A stretch of DNA of 25,293 nt from an uncultured virus (IMG/VR IMGVR_UViG_3300044701_002566) (Duplodnaviria > Heunggongvirae > Uroviricota > Caudoviricetes), in IMG/VR virus record IMGVR_UViG_3300044701_002566. One strand, written 5' to 3'. Positions 14,068-22,683 of the stretch are shown in pieces. Under the pieces are notes generated by a model. That model was not told the origin of the DNA. It ran no database searches and was given only the letters and a program-made list of their open reading frames with translations. The translations under genes were made by a program, and so were the position numbers. Within the stretch, counting starts at the first letter, position 1, and every line of letters starts with the position of its first letter.

Positions 14068-14311
14068 GCTTCAGCAACTGCTAAACAAGGCCATCGCGGA
14101 ATGCGGCCCTGACGCTGAGGTGATTTTGGCTTTTGAGCCTGGCGCCTTGGAAGAAGGGTATGACGAGAAATGCACAGAAGGCATCACTGATGTGCGGATT
14201 GTCGAAGACTGGCCGCTCCCCGGCAAGAGCCTTACTGTTTACGAAGGAGAGAAAACCAAGAAGGTGGTTCTCTTCTATGACAACCACAGTGAGCTTGACT
14301 CTGCCGCATGA
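14054..14311 (+). CDS. hypothetical protein (85 aa)
   Basis: MKLSELQQLLNKAIAECGPDAEV. Confidence 0.7.
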   Translation: MKLSELQQLLNKAIAECGPDAEVILAFEPGALEEGYDEKCTEGITDVRIVEDWPLPGKSLTVYEGEKTKKVVLFYDNHSELDSAA

Positions 14312-14327
14312 ACCACACCCTCATAGC

Positions 14328-15302
14328 ATGAACCACGCTCTCATGCTTTACGATCCACAAGCGTTTCCTTCTTCCATGACTCTTCCTGTTACTGCTGCCA
14401 CTGAGCACCTCCTGAGTGAGCGTCGCCTCGGCATCTTCTCTCCCTTGGAGATTTCTGCAAAGCAGTTCACTGCTGCCTACGAGCTTGCCATTGGTGAGCA
14501 CGTTGAGAAGAACTACAAGGGCCTGTCCTACCTGTCCTGGCCGTTCGCCTTCCGCTATCTCAAGGAACAGTTCCCTGGCCTGTTCGTCGCGTTTGAGGAG
14601 CGTTCTGAAGGTTGGCCCGTGTTCGGACAGGAAGGCTGCTGGCTTCTGCGCCCCTACCTGACTGATGGCATCAAACGCACTCCTGCGCTGGTGTTTCCGC
14701 TGATGGACAACAAGCACAATGCTCTTCAGCAGCTCGATGCTCGCGCCGTCAGCGACAACATCCAACGAGCCAGCGTGAAGTGTATTGCGACTTTTACTGG
14801 CTTGGGCCTGAAGCTCTATGCCGGAGAGGACATTCCCAAGAGTGATGAAAAGGAACCTGCCAAACTCCCGCTCCAACAGGAAGCTCAGAAGCCGGCTGCG
14901 CGGCGAGGTGCGAAGGCAAAGGAAGCTGATGCTCCTGCTGCAGAGGCTGGAAGTAGCGGGGCTGCTCCCGCCAGCGCATCAGCCCAGTTCGACGGCAAGG
15001 CAAGCCTTCTTGCTCTCTGCAAGGCAAACCCTCTTGGCTTCGCTACGGAAACTGCCTCTCTGAAAGCAGGCAAGGCCGCCCTTGAAGCTCTTGGCTTGGC
15101 CAAAGGCGACGACATTAAGGACTCGGCCATGTTTGCCAACGTGGTAACTTCTCTGGTTACGGCATGGGCCAAGGAGGCAGGTGTCACCATCGCCAAGGAG
15201 GCGATGGCGGAAGAGATTGACAAGCTCCGCGCCATCGTTGCAGAAGGCACCATCGAGCAAGCCATCAAAGGCGTGGAGGTGTGGAAAGCGGGAAAGCAGT
15301 AG
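14328..15302 (+). CDS. Sak3/DUF1071-family single-strand annealing protein with C-terminal extension
   Basis: HVEKNYKGLSYLSWPFA...PLMDNKHNA...IQRASVKCIATFTGLGLKLYAGEDIP. Confidence 0.85.
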   Translation: MNHALMLYDPQAFPSSMTLPVTAATEHLLSERRLGIFSPLEISAKQFTAAYELAIGEHVEKNYKGLSYLSWPFAFRYLKEQFPGLFVAFEERSEGWPVFGQEGCWLLRPYLTDGIKRTPALVFPLMDNKHNALQQLDARAVSDNIQRASVKCIATFTGLGLKLYAGEDIPKSDEKEPAKLPLQQEAQKPAARRGAKAKEADAPAAEAGSSGAAPASASAQFDGKASLLALCKANPLGFATETASLKAGKAALEALGLAKGDDIKDSAMFANVVTSLVTAWAKEAGVTIAKEAMAEEIDKLRAIVAEGTIEQAIKGVEVWKAGKQ

Positions 15303-15404
15303 ACCTGGCGGCAGCCAGTCTTGCGCTTTGTTTCAATGGGGCAGTGGCAATGGAGGAAAATGGTTCTCCATTGCAAGACTGCCCTTGCCACCTTCTGCAA
15401 ACTC

Positions 15405-15677
15405 ATGTCCATTGATTTCTCCCTTTTACAAAACTGCCCTGCCTGCGAAAGCTCATGGGAAGGGCAGTCTATTCCCTTAGAGCAACAGCATCTTTTTGGA
15501 AACAAGCAATGGTTTAGTCGAGTGGTTGCTATTTACGACCAGCGAATCGACGCTACCGTGGCTTGGCAGTGTCCTGACTGCGACACATGCTGGGACAGGG
15601 AAACTGGCAAACGTCGTGATGGCTTCAATCTTGATCGCCTGAAACGAGACAACTGGCGCAATGGAGCGAAGGAATGA
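15405..15677 (+). CDS. Zn-ribbon protein (90 aa)
   Basis: CPAC...FSRVVAIYD...WQCPDC. Confidence 0.75.
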   Translation: MSIDFSLLQNCPACESSWEGQSIPLEQQHLFGNKQWFSRVVAIYDQRIDATVAWQCPDCDTCWDRETGKRRDGFNLDRLKRDNWRNGAKE

Positions 15678-16150
15678 AACTGATTGGCAACATTCAGCCA
15701 GCTTCCTTATCTTTTTACAAGACCAATGCCTTTCGTCCTGTTGAGTTGCGGGATGTGCCACTGGGAGAGATTGCTAGCGAGCGCGTAGATGAAAAAGTGT
15801 GCAAGCCTCTCGTTGGGCTGTTAAACACCTCAGGGTATGTAGTTCGTGAAAATCCTCAATGGGACGAACCAACGCTAAATGCCGTCAAGGGAAGTATCGG
15901 CCCCCATGAAGATCCCGGACTTGGACTGGTTGCTTTTTGGCTTTTGCATAAGCAGCCATTTGACAGGAAGAGGGAAAGCGAAGAACTGTCTTGGCGCGTA
16001 GATAATCCATGGCTGTTTAGCAGCCAGCAACGTAAAATAATGGCACTAGGGGACGTAGTGGTTTTTGATGCCAATAAAACTCATTCTTGGATGTGCAATG
16101 GAGGCATCTATGCCATTAGTCAAACCATTTCCCGCAAGCGAAAGCCATAG
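15674..16150 (+). CDS. 2OG-Fe(II) oxygenase / cupin-like protein
   Basis: HxD (PHEDPG) and distal His in GDVVVFDANKTHSW. Confidence 0.55.
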   Translation: MKLIGNIQPASLSFYKTNAFRPVELRDVPLGEIASERVDEKVCKPLVGLLNTSGYVVRENPQWDEPTLNAVKGSIGPHEDPGLGLVAFWLLHKQPFDRKRESEELSWRVDNPWLFSSQQRKIMALGDVVVFDANKTHSWMCNGGIYAISQTISRKRKP

Positions 16151-16182
16151 CCTGCTACGATCTCGGTCTTGAAGCTCTTTCC

Positions 16183-16947
16183 ATGACTTCCCTAGATCGG
16201 CATGAGCCGCAGCGTATCAGCATCAATGGCAAAAGGCACTACTGCTGCACAGGGTTCCCAAATGCCCCTGATGGGGCTGTGCTGCCTTCAGTCACCACAG
16301 TGCTTTCCTCCATGTCACCAGTGGGAAAGATCATGGCGCTAGTCAACTGGCGGAAGCGAGTGGGAGCCGAGGAAGCCAATCGTCGCACTCGCCTTGCCGC
16401 TAATCGCGGCACATGGCTTCATGCCATTCTTGAAGATTGGTTTGGCGATGAAGACATTGAAAATCATCTTGAAAAGGCGCCAGATTGGCAGCCTTATTTT
16501 CAAGCAGTGGAACCATTCTTGCAAGGCATTGAACAACCAGTGTTAGTGGAAAGTGCAGTGGCTTGGTACGATCAAGAACAGGCTATTGGCTATTCCGGCA
16601 CGTTAGACATGGTGGCAACAATGTCCAATGGCTCACTAGCCTTAGTCGATTGGAAAACCAGCTATAAGGAAAAGCCTGAAAAGCATCTTGCTGATTACAA
16701 GCGGCAACTTGGGGCCTATTCCATGGCCGCAGAGCAGATGTATGGCACCAGTATTGACGAAGCATGGTGCGTGATTGCTTGCTTTGACCCCGAGGATAAG
16801 GACAGCGAGCCAAGTCTTCAGTTGGTGCATCTTGATGGCTTTGAGCTGATAGCACAGCAGCGCATCATGCAGGACACTGTGCAACGATACTTTGCAGAGC
16901 ACTACCCCGGCAGCAAGGCTTTCACCATGACGGCAGACAAGGGGTAG
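16183..16947 (+). CDS. PD-(D/E)XK exonuclease (phage Cas4/MGME1-like)
   Basis: LPSVTTVLS, WRKRVG, RGTWLH, YSGTLD, VDWKTS, QLGAY motifs. Confidence 0.9.
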   Translation: MTSLDRHEPQRISINGKRHYCCTGFPNAPDGAVLPSVTTVLSSMSPVGKIMALVNWRKRVGAEEANRRTRLAANRGTWLHAILEDWFGDEDIENHLEKAPDWQPYFQAVEPFLQGIEQPVLVESAVAWYDQEQAIGYSGTLDMVATMSNGSLALVDWKTSYKEKPEKHLADYKRQLGAYSMAAEQMYGTSIDEAWCVIACFDPEDKDSEPSLQLVHLDGFELIAQQRIMQDTVQRYFAEHYPGSKAFTMTADKG

Positions 16948-17021
16948 GCAATGGGGAAGAGCGGTGGTAGTATTGGCAAGCCCTGAGCAAGGGCAAACCA
17001 TCACTCCTACGGAGAAACACC

Positions 17022-17276
17022 ATGGCCAATCGGCCCCCGATCACCGCTGCTATCGACCTCACGCCTGACGTGCTCAACAAGCTCAAGGCGGCCGGTCCCA
17101 ACGAGCGCGGCAACTACAGCCTGGATGTTGCAGTCTGGGAAAACACCAAGCGATCTTCTGACAGAGCGCCCGGTTACACCGGCAGTGTCAAGGTGAAGGG
17201 CGACAAGGACGGTCCGAAGGGTTATGCTTCTGTCTGGGTGAATGAAGCCCTCGGCGGCGGCGACGACCTCTTCTGA
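17022..17276 (+). CDS. probable ssDNA-binding protein (84 aa)
   Basis: AVWEN...PGYTGSVKV; acidic DDLF C-terminal tip; located next to the exonuclease. Confidence 0.55.
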   Translation: MANRPPITAAIDLTPDVLNKLKAAGPNERGNYSLDVAVWENTKRSSDRAPGYTGSVKVKGDKDGPKGYASVWVNEALGGGDDLF

Positions 17277-17296
17277 GTCAATCCCGACAATGATCA

Positions 17297-17325
17297 CGGG
17301 GCGCTTCGGCGCCTTTTCTTTTCTC
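17297..17325 (+). terminator. rho-independent terminator
   Basis: GGGGCGC-TTCG-GCGCCTT-TTCTTTT. Confidence 0.8.
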
Positions 17326-17332
17326 TACCACC

Positions 17333-17914
17333 ATGTTCCTCAACGACAAAGAAATCAACGCCCTCGCTGAGCTTGACATTCTCATGCCCTTCGTGGGCGA
17401 AAAGCGCCGTGAAGCCAATGGCAACAAGGCCGTGAGCTATGGGCTCAGTCAATGCGGCTACGACATTAGGCTTTCCTCTGAGCAATTCTTGGTGCTTGAA
17501 GGGCTGCAGTTTCTCCGGGAAGGAGAAGCTCTTTGTCCTAAAAACAACGCAGTGAAGAGCTACGAAGTAGTGTTAGAACACACTGAACTTGGCTTTTTCT
17601 TTGAACTACCTCCTCACAGTATTGGCAATGGAGTGAGCTTGGAGAGGTTTACGATGCCCAATGACATTGGTGCCATCGTGAAAGGCAAGAGCACCTATGC
17701 AAGGCTGGGCCTGATTACAAACATCACTCCCATTGAGCCTGGCTGGAGCGGCCACTTGACAATGAACTTCATCAACACAAGCCCATTCCCCATCCGTCTG
17801 TTCGCTGACGAAGGTATTGCTCAAGTGATGTTCTTCCATTGCGGAGAAGTGGACAAGCCGTACACTGGACACTATCAAGATCAAGGCGCTAAGGTACAGC
17901 AAGCCGTGGTCTAG
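17333..17914 (+). CDS. dcd: dCTP deaminase
   Basis: SYGLSQCGYDIRL, GKSTYARLG, TPIEPGWSG, EGIAQ, YQDQ motifs. Confidence 0.92.
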   Translation: MFLNDKEINALAELDILMPFVGEKRREANGNKAVSYGLSQCGYDIRLSSEQFLVLEGLQFLREGEALCPKNNAVKSYEVVLEHTELGFFFELPPHSIGNGVSLERFTMPNDIGAIVKGKSTYARLGLITNITPIEPGWSGHLTMNFINTSPFPIRLFADEGIAQVMFFHCGEVDKPYTGHYQDQGAKVQQAVV

Positions 17915-17916
17915 CC

Positions 17917-18279
17917 TTGAGCGCCCTTGAAGATCAGTTTCTCAAGCAGTGGGACAAGACTACTGGCATTCCACTGGAGCGCGAGTATTCAGACATCCCC
18001 GCTTGGGAAGCTGACTTTGAGCAACGCTACGCTAAAAGCAAACGTTCCAAACGCTATCGTCTCGATTTTGCTCACCCCGAGTCTCGCACTGGCATCGAAA
18101 TCCAAGGTGCTGTTTATAGTCGTGGCCGTCATGTTACGGGCAGCGGCTATGAGCGTGATTGTCGTAAATACAATCTCGCTTATACTTCAGGCTGGACAAT
18201 CTTTCTTCTCAGCGGCGCCATGGCCAAAGACCTTTTCTGGACGGAGCTGATTGCTTCTCATGTTGCTGCAAAGCAGTGA
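17917..18279 (+). CDS. PD-(D/E)XK endonuclease (DUF559/Vsr-like, possible resolvase)
   Basis: YRLDFAHP...GIEIQGAVY..GRH...GYERDCRKYN...GW; TTG start. Confidence 0.8.
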   Translation: MSALEDQFLKQWDKTTGIPLEREYSDIPAWEADFEQRYAKSKRSKRYRLDFAHPESRTGIEIQGAVYSRGRHVTGSGYERDCRKYNLAYTSGWTIFLLSGAMAKDLFWTELIASHVAAKQ

Positions 18280-18583
18280 CAGCTTCTGAAAGCAGAGCTT
18301 CAGCAGCCTCCAAGGAGCTATCACGCACTCCAATAGCTTGGCGGAGCTGCATGTTCTCCAGCATGGTTTCTTTCAGGGCAGTGTTCATCATTGCCCAGCC
18401 CTCAAGCAAGTTGCTTGCCACTGCTCTGAGTTGAGCCGGGTCGTTGCAATCCTTCAAGGCATTGCGGCTGACAGTAAGCGCAAACTCACGCTCAGCAGAA
18501 TGCTCAAACGGTCCCATGACGGCAGTACAAAGCTGACCGTTCCATTGTAACTGCATGGGCACTGCGAACTTCATTGCCTTCAA
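18209..18583 (-). CDS. hypothetical helical protein with possible NblA-like segment
   Basis: SAEREFAL...CNDPAQLRAVASNLLEGW, then a coiled coil and C-terminal LWPW. Confidence 0.6.
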   Translation of the reverse strand: MKAMKFAVPMQLQWNGQLCTAVMGPFEHSAEREFALTVSRNALKDCNDPAQLRAVASNLLEGWAMMNTALKETMLENMQLRQAIGVRDSSLEAAEALLSEAVTALQQHEKQSAPSRKGLWPWRR

Positions 18584-18715
18584 ACGCTCTCAGACAAGGC
18601 TATCGAAAGCAGAGCTGAGAACAACGGGGAATGCCGAACAGCTTAGCCTTGCTTGACAGAGGTGTTGTCAAGGCCAGAAAGGCGCTCTACACTAGCAGCG
18701 CCTCAACGTCCTGTT

Positions 18716-18904
18716 ATGGCTCCCAAGTCTGTTCAAGACCAGCTCATCGAGCTAGCTAGCGCTGTCATTGCCGCAATCTTTGTGGTGTTCCTTGGCGGTT
18801 ATGCACTGTCAGTATGCGCTGGCTTCTTCGGTCTGCCCGTCTCGCTTTCAATCTGGCAGTGGGCTCTGGTGTTTTCAACCGTTCGATTCCTCCAAGTCAA
18901 ATGA
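18716..18904 (+). CDS. small two-TM membrane protein (62 aa)
   Basis: Hydrophobic stretches; -10 TACACT at ~18688; ATGA-coupled to thyX. Confidence 0.65.
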   Translation: MAPKSVQDQLIELASAVIAAIFVVFLGGYALSVCAGFFGLPVSLSIWQWALVFSTVRFLQVK

Positions 18905-19611
18905 CCCTCCCCTCCATTGATCCTCTTGAAGACGGCAAGAGCCTGGTGGTGCTTGTTGATTCAATGGGAAATAGCCTGTCAGTTGTGAATGACGCCAGGC
19001 AGAGCTTCGAGCAGCGCTCTGAAGAATGGACAGAGCGCGATGAAAAGCTCATTAACTACCTAGCCCGTGAGCACCACACCAGTCCATTCCGAGGGGTGGT
19101 GTTTAAGTGGTTCGTGAAGGCTCCGCTGTTCATCTGCCGGCAATGGTGGAAGCATACAGTTGCCTCCACCTACGTTGACGATCAGCTTGGGTGGAACGAA
19201 AAGAGTTTCCGCTACTGCTCAGCAGAGGATGCTCAGTTCTACACGCCCAGGCAGTTCGCCAAGCAAAGCAAGAGCAACCGCCAAGCCTCTGAGGGGGTCT
19301 TGGAAAGCAATGATGAGGCACTGGCCCAGCAGCTCTATGCACAAGCCTTGCAGGGCTGCGTGCAGGCGTATGAGGGGCTTCTGCTGGCTGGCGTAAGCAA
19401 GGAGCAGGCCAGGGCAGTGCTGCCGCCTTGCATGTACAGTTCTTTTGTCTGGACATGTTCTCTGCAGACCCTGCTTCACTTCATTTCACTGCGCGTTGAA
19501 AAGGGCGCTCAGAGTGAAATTGCTGCTTATGCAAGATCGCTGCAAACGCTTGCAAGGCCCGTGGCCCCTGAAGTGTTCAGTGCCTTTGAACAAAACAACT
19601 ATCAGTTCTGA
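18901..19611 (+). CDS. thyX: FAD-dependent thymidylate synthase
   Basis: VVNDARQS, HTSPF, APLFICRQWWKH, NEKSFRY, KEQARAVLP, LLHFISLR, AQSEI motifs. Confidence 0.92.
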   Translation: MTLPSIDPLEDGKSLVVLVDSMGNSLSVVNDARQSFEQRSEEWTERDEKLINYLAREHHTSPFRGVVFKWFVKAPLFICRQWWKHTVASTYVDDQLGWNEKSFRYCSAEDAQFYTPRQFAKQSKSNRQASEGVLESNDEALAQQLYAQALQGCVQAYEGLLLAGVSKEQARAVLPPCMYSSFVWTCSLQTLLHFISLRVEKGAQSEIAAYARSLQTLARPVAPEVFSAFEQNNYQF

Positions 19612-19613
19612 CC

Positions 19614-19943
19614 ATGCACGATCCTATCAATCCCTCCCACTACACCTCCGGCACAATTGAATGTATTGAAGCGATGGAAGCCTCAATGAGCGCAGAGGCG
19701 TTCAAAGGCTTCCTCAAAGGCAACTGCCAGAAATACTTGTGGCGCTATGAGCAGAAAAACGGAGCCGAGGATCTGCGCAAGGCCATGTGGTATCTTGATC
19801 GCCTCATCGGTACTGTCGAGGCTGAGCAGAGTGCCATCGAACAAGCCTTCGGAGCAATGGAATGCAAAGATGGCTTCTGTCCATTGCCGAGCGCAGGAGT
19901 GAGGCAAGGCCCCCCTGAGGGCTACTTTCCTCCAGTGAGTTGA
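19614..19943 (+). CDS. DUF3310 (SaV / T7 gp1.7-like) protein
   Basis: DPINPSHY..G.IECIEA...GNCQKYLWR..QKNG.EDLRKAMWYL. Confidence 0.88.
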   Translation: MHDPINPSHYTSGTIECIEAMEASMSAEAFKGFLKGNCQKYLWRYEQKNGAEDLRKAMWYLDRLIGTVEAEQSAIEQAFGAMECKDGFCPLPSAGVRQGPPEGYFPPVS

Positions 19944-19944
19944 T

Positions 19945-20427
19945 CTAACCAGCCTTGAGGATTAAAGACGGCCACTGAGCCGTCTTTTCTTTTAGCACGT
20001 CATGCACTGGCACCACTCGCTGACAATGCTCCATCCATTCCTCCCAAGATGAAATGTCAGTATGAGCACTGATAAAACTATGGCTATGCACCCATGAAAG
20101 CAGAATGTGCTCACGCTCTTCGCTCCAATGTTGCTTCGGCCTCCACCATTCCAATACTGCCAAGTTGGACTTGGAAGAGTTGCAGGAAAAGCACGCTGGC
20201 ACCATGTTCCACTTTGCATAATGTGGCCCACCTTTGCTCTTGGGGACAATGTGATCGAGCGTCAGCTTCTCATGCCACTTCCCGCAATAGGCGCAAGCAG
20301 GCTGCCCCAGTGGTCCCCTCAAAGGGTAATCTTCCAAGATGCCTTTACGAAATCTACGCTTTGCGTCGGAGGGGCGTAGTTCAATGAGAGAATGGAGAAG
20401 ATCATTAGGCCCATGCTCTCCGCCCAT
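19945..20427 (-). CDS. HNH endonuclease
   Basis: CAYCG...TLDHIVPKSKGG...NMVPACFSCNSSK. Confidence 0.9.
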   Translation of the reverse strand: MGGEHGPNDLLHSLIELRPSDAKRRFRKGILEDYPLRGPLGQPACAYCGKWHEKLTLDHIVPKSKGGPHYAKWNMVPACFSCNSSKSNLAVLEWWRPKQHWSEEREHILLSWVHSHSFISAHTDISSWEEWMEHCQRVVPVHDVLKEKTAQWPSLILKAG

Positions 20428-20522
20428 CGCTGTATTGGCTTTCCTAGACGATAGCAAGCCTTTTCAGCCTCTTCGTGGCCATTATGCTGCGGATTAGAAT
20501 GATGAAAACACTTCTTTGAACA

Positions 20523-20723
20523 GTGCGCGAAGCCATTTCTAGCATTGCTGCTACCCTCACGGCCGGAATGCTCATGGCTTCTGGCGGCATGATGATTGCC
20601 ATTGGCAATCAGCAAACACGCATTACCACTCAGATTGAAGGTATCACTGAAAACTTAGAGGCTCTCACTGAAAATGTGAAGGAACTAGAGAATCGCGTGA
20701 GAAGCCTTGAGATAGGCAGGTAG
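20523..20723 (+). CDS. TM + coiled-coil small protein (lysis/holin-like)
   Basis: Hydrophobic N-terminus; heptad C-terminus ending RVRSLE; upstream of the endolysin. Confidence 0.65.
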   Translation: MREAISSIAATLTAGMLMASGGMMIAIGNQQTRITTQIEGITENLEALTENVKELENRVRSLEIGR

Positions 20724-20770
20724 CCAAACGCTGTCTCCTTGCTAGGCTACAACCATTGTCTAGGCTCATT

Positions 20771-20980
20771 ATGGAACCCAACGTTGAAGTGTTGATTGGC
20801 TTTGGGCTATTTGCCTTGAGCGAACTCATTGGCATGTCGAAGTACAAGGAAAACTCCGTCATTCAAGCCGTGCTGCGCGTAGGGTCGGAAGTGTTCCCCT
20901 ACGAGCTGAAGCGCCGCGACAAGAAGCGCAATCGCCCCCGTGATCGCCATGGGCGGTTCCTGCCTGAAGACGAGAATTGA
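20771..20980 (+). CDS. putative holin-like protein (69 aa)
   Basis: LIGFGLFALSELIGMSKYKENSVIQ, basic C-terminus, directly before the lysin. Confidence 0.6.
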   Translation: MEPNVEVLIGFGLFALSELIGMSKYKENSVIQAVLRVGSEVFPYELKRRDKKRNRPRDRHGRFLPEDEN

Positions 20981-20998
20981 ACTAGCCAGTCCTGAATC

Positions 20999-22135
20999 AT
21001 GAGCAACTTTCTTCAGGCAGCACGTCACACCGACCCCTCTTCGCCATTGCCCCATCAGGATGCTGCCTGGCAGTGGGCGTGGGAGCAGTTTCCAAAGGAG
21101 AAGCAGGAAGAGTTTTTGGAGATGTTCAGGGCTGCAGTGCCGTCCAAGGATCAAGATGGCACTAATTCCTGGCAAGGCATTGCCACGATGGCGAAAGAAG
21201 CTGGCGCTAAGTACCCCGAGCTTGCGGCTGCACAATGGGCCATTGAATCGGGATGGGGGAAATACACCAGTGGCACCAACAACTACTTCGGGCTCAAGGG
21301 ATCGGGCAAGATTGTCGAGACGAAGGAAGTGGTCAATGGGAAGGAAGTGTCCGTCAGGGAGAGCTTCATCAACTTCCCAAGTATTCGCGCTTGTGTCAAC
21401 TATCTCGTCACTCGCTGGTATAGAGACTTTGATGGTTTCAAGGGTGTCAATAATGCAGTCAGCAGAGACGACGCTGCCAGGCAGTTGGTGAAAGAAGGCT
21501 ATGCAACCGACCCGTTCTATGCGGAGAAGTTGATTAAGACAATGAACGCCAATGCTCCGGCATCAATTATCAAGCCAGCCCCTCCCACCTCTGTGCTTCC
21601 TACTCTGCCGTCAAACATTCTGCTGACGGTGCCGTATGAGTATCAGAATGATAACGCTTCTGGTACTGGCTATCGAGAGTGCTTCAGCAGTGCTGCTGCG
21701 ATGGTGGCCAAGTTTTACGGGAAGATCAAGAACGACGATGAGTACAACAAGGTGCGTGCCAAGTTTGGCGATACCACTGATGGCAACGCCCATGTAAAAG
21801 CCCTCAAGAGCTTGGGCTTGAACGCTCGATTTGCCACTAACGGCACTGCTGCAATGCTTGAGAAAGAGCTGCGTGCAGTTCGACCAGTGCTTGTTGGATG
21901 GCTCCATAAAGGGCCGGCAAGCGCACCCTCGGGAAGTGGCCATTGGTCTGTCGTTACAGGCTTCTCCCCATCGACATTCATTCATAACGATCCCAATGGA
22001 GAGGCCGACATGGTGAATGGCGGCTACGTTAACCATTCCAAGGGAGAGGCTATTGCTTACAGCCGTCAGAACTGGTTGAAGCGATGGGAGGTAGATGGTC
22101 CTGGCACTGGCTGGTACATCGCTGTAGAACGATGA
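20999..22135 (+). CDS. endolysin: GH73 glucosaminidase + C39-like cysteine peptidase
   Basis: AQWAIESGWG, NNYFGLKG, GYATDP.Y (GH73); RECFSS, GHWSVV, HNDPNG (C39-like). Confidence 0.88.
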   Translation: MSNFLQAARHTDPSSPLPHQDAAWQWAWEQFPKEKQEEFLEMFRAAVPSKDQDGTNSWQGIATMAKEAGAKYPELAAAQWAIESGWGKYTSGTNNYFGLKGSGKIVETKEVVNGKEVSVRESFINFPSIRACVNYLVTRWYRDFDGFKGVNNAVSRDDAARQLVKEGYATDPFYAEKLIKTMNANAPASIIKPAPPTSVLPTLPSNILLTVPYEYQNDNASGTGYRECFSSAAAMVAKFYGKIKNDDEYNKVRAKFGDTTDGNAHVKALKSLGLNARFATNGTAAMLEKELRAVRPVLVGWLHKGPASAPSGSGHWSVVTGFSPSTFIHNDPNGEADMVNGGYVNHSKGEAIAYSRQNWLKRWEVDGPGTGWYIAVER

Positions 22136-22221
22136 TTGCCACTGCGTTGATTGTTTGGGGTCTTACTTCTTGCTGCGTTGCAGCATTTTCGCTTTCCTGT
22201 CAGTACAGACGGAAACACTAA
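22132..22221 (+). CDS. 29-aa hydrophobic peptide coupled to the lysin
   Basis: MIATALIVWGLTSCCVAAFSLSCQYRRKH; ATGA overlap with the lysin stop. Confidence 0.45.
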   Translation: MIATALIVWGLTSCCVAAFSLSCQYRRKH

Positions 22222-22273
22222 GCAATCAAGAGTTAACAAGTGCTGTCGCAAGAATAGGCAAGCTGGAGCGGCA

Positions 22274-22681
22274 TCAGACTGTCTGAAATACCTGCAGGAA
22301 CTCTGGCGGCAGGTGGCACGCTGCAGCAGCCTGCGCCATGGCAATCAGCACTTCGTCCGCCAGCAGGCCCTGACCACGGAGCAGCAGCAGGGCTAGGCGA
22401 AGGTGCTTGATCTCACCGGCCGCTGCAGCCAGCACAGCGCCTGGCAGGCTGCAGGCGGTGATCGCGTTGCTGGCAAGGGCGAGGTCATAGGCCGCCTGGA
22501 CCTCTGGGGTGGTGAGCAGCCACAGCCCGAAGGCATCGAAGTTGGGCTCGGGGGGCAGGAACTCAGCAGCAGCAGCAGCCACTTCATCCGGTGAGGTGCT
22601 TGCCGGCAGAATGATGGCAGGCCGATCTGGGTCGCGATCGTCGATGATTGTGATAGTGGCGGAACCGTAGTGAATAGCCAT
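22274..22681 (-). CDS. tail fibre-associated protein (135 aa)
   Basis: Follows the collagen fibre gene; start re-assigned to MAIHYGS. Confidence 0.6.
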   Translation of the reverse strand: MAIHYGSATITIIDDRDPDRPAIILPASTSPDEVAAAAAEFLPPEPNFDAFGLWLLTTPEVQAAYDLALASNAITACSLPGAVLAAAAGEIKHLRLALLLLRGQGLLADEVLIAMAQAAAACHLPPEFLQVFQTV

Positions 22682-22683
22682 GA

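Noticed and set aside
16183..16947. CRISPR-associated Cas4
   Set aside because: It lacks the Fe-S cysteine set and a cas context; it is a typical phage recombination exonuclease beside Sak3 and SSB-like genes.
19945..20427. HNH as an intron-encoded homing endonuclease
   Set aside because: The flanking genes are intact and no split gene or group I intron core is visible; it is free-standing.
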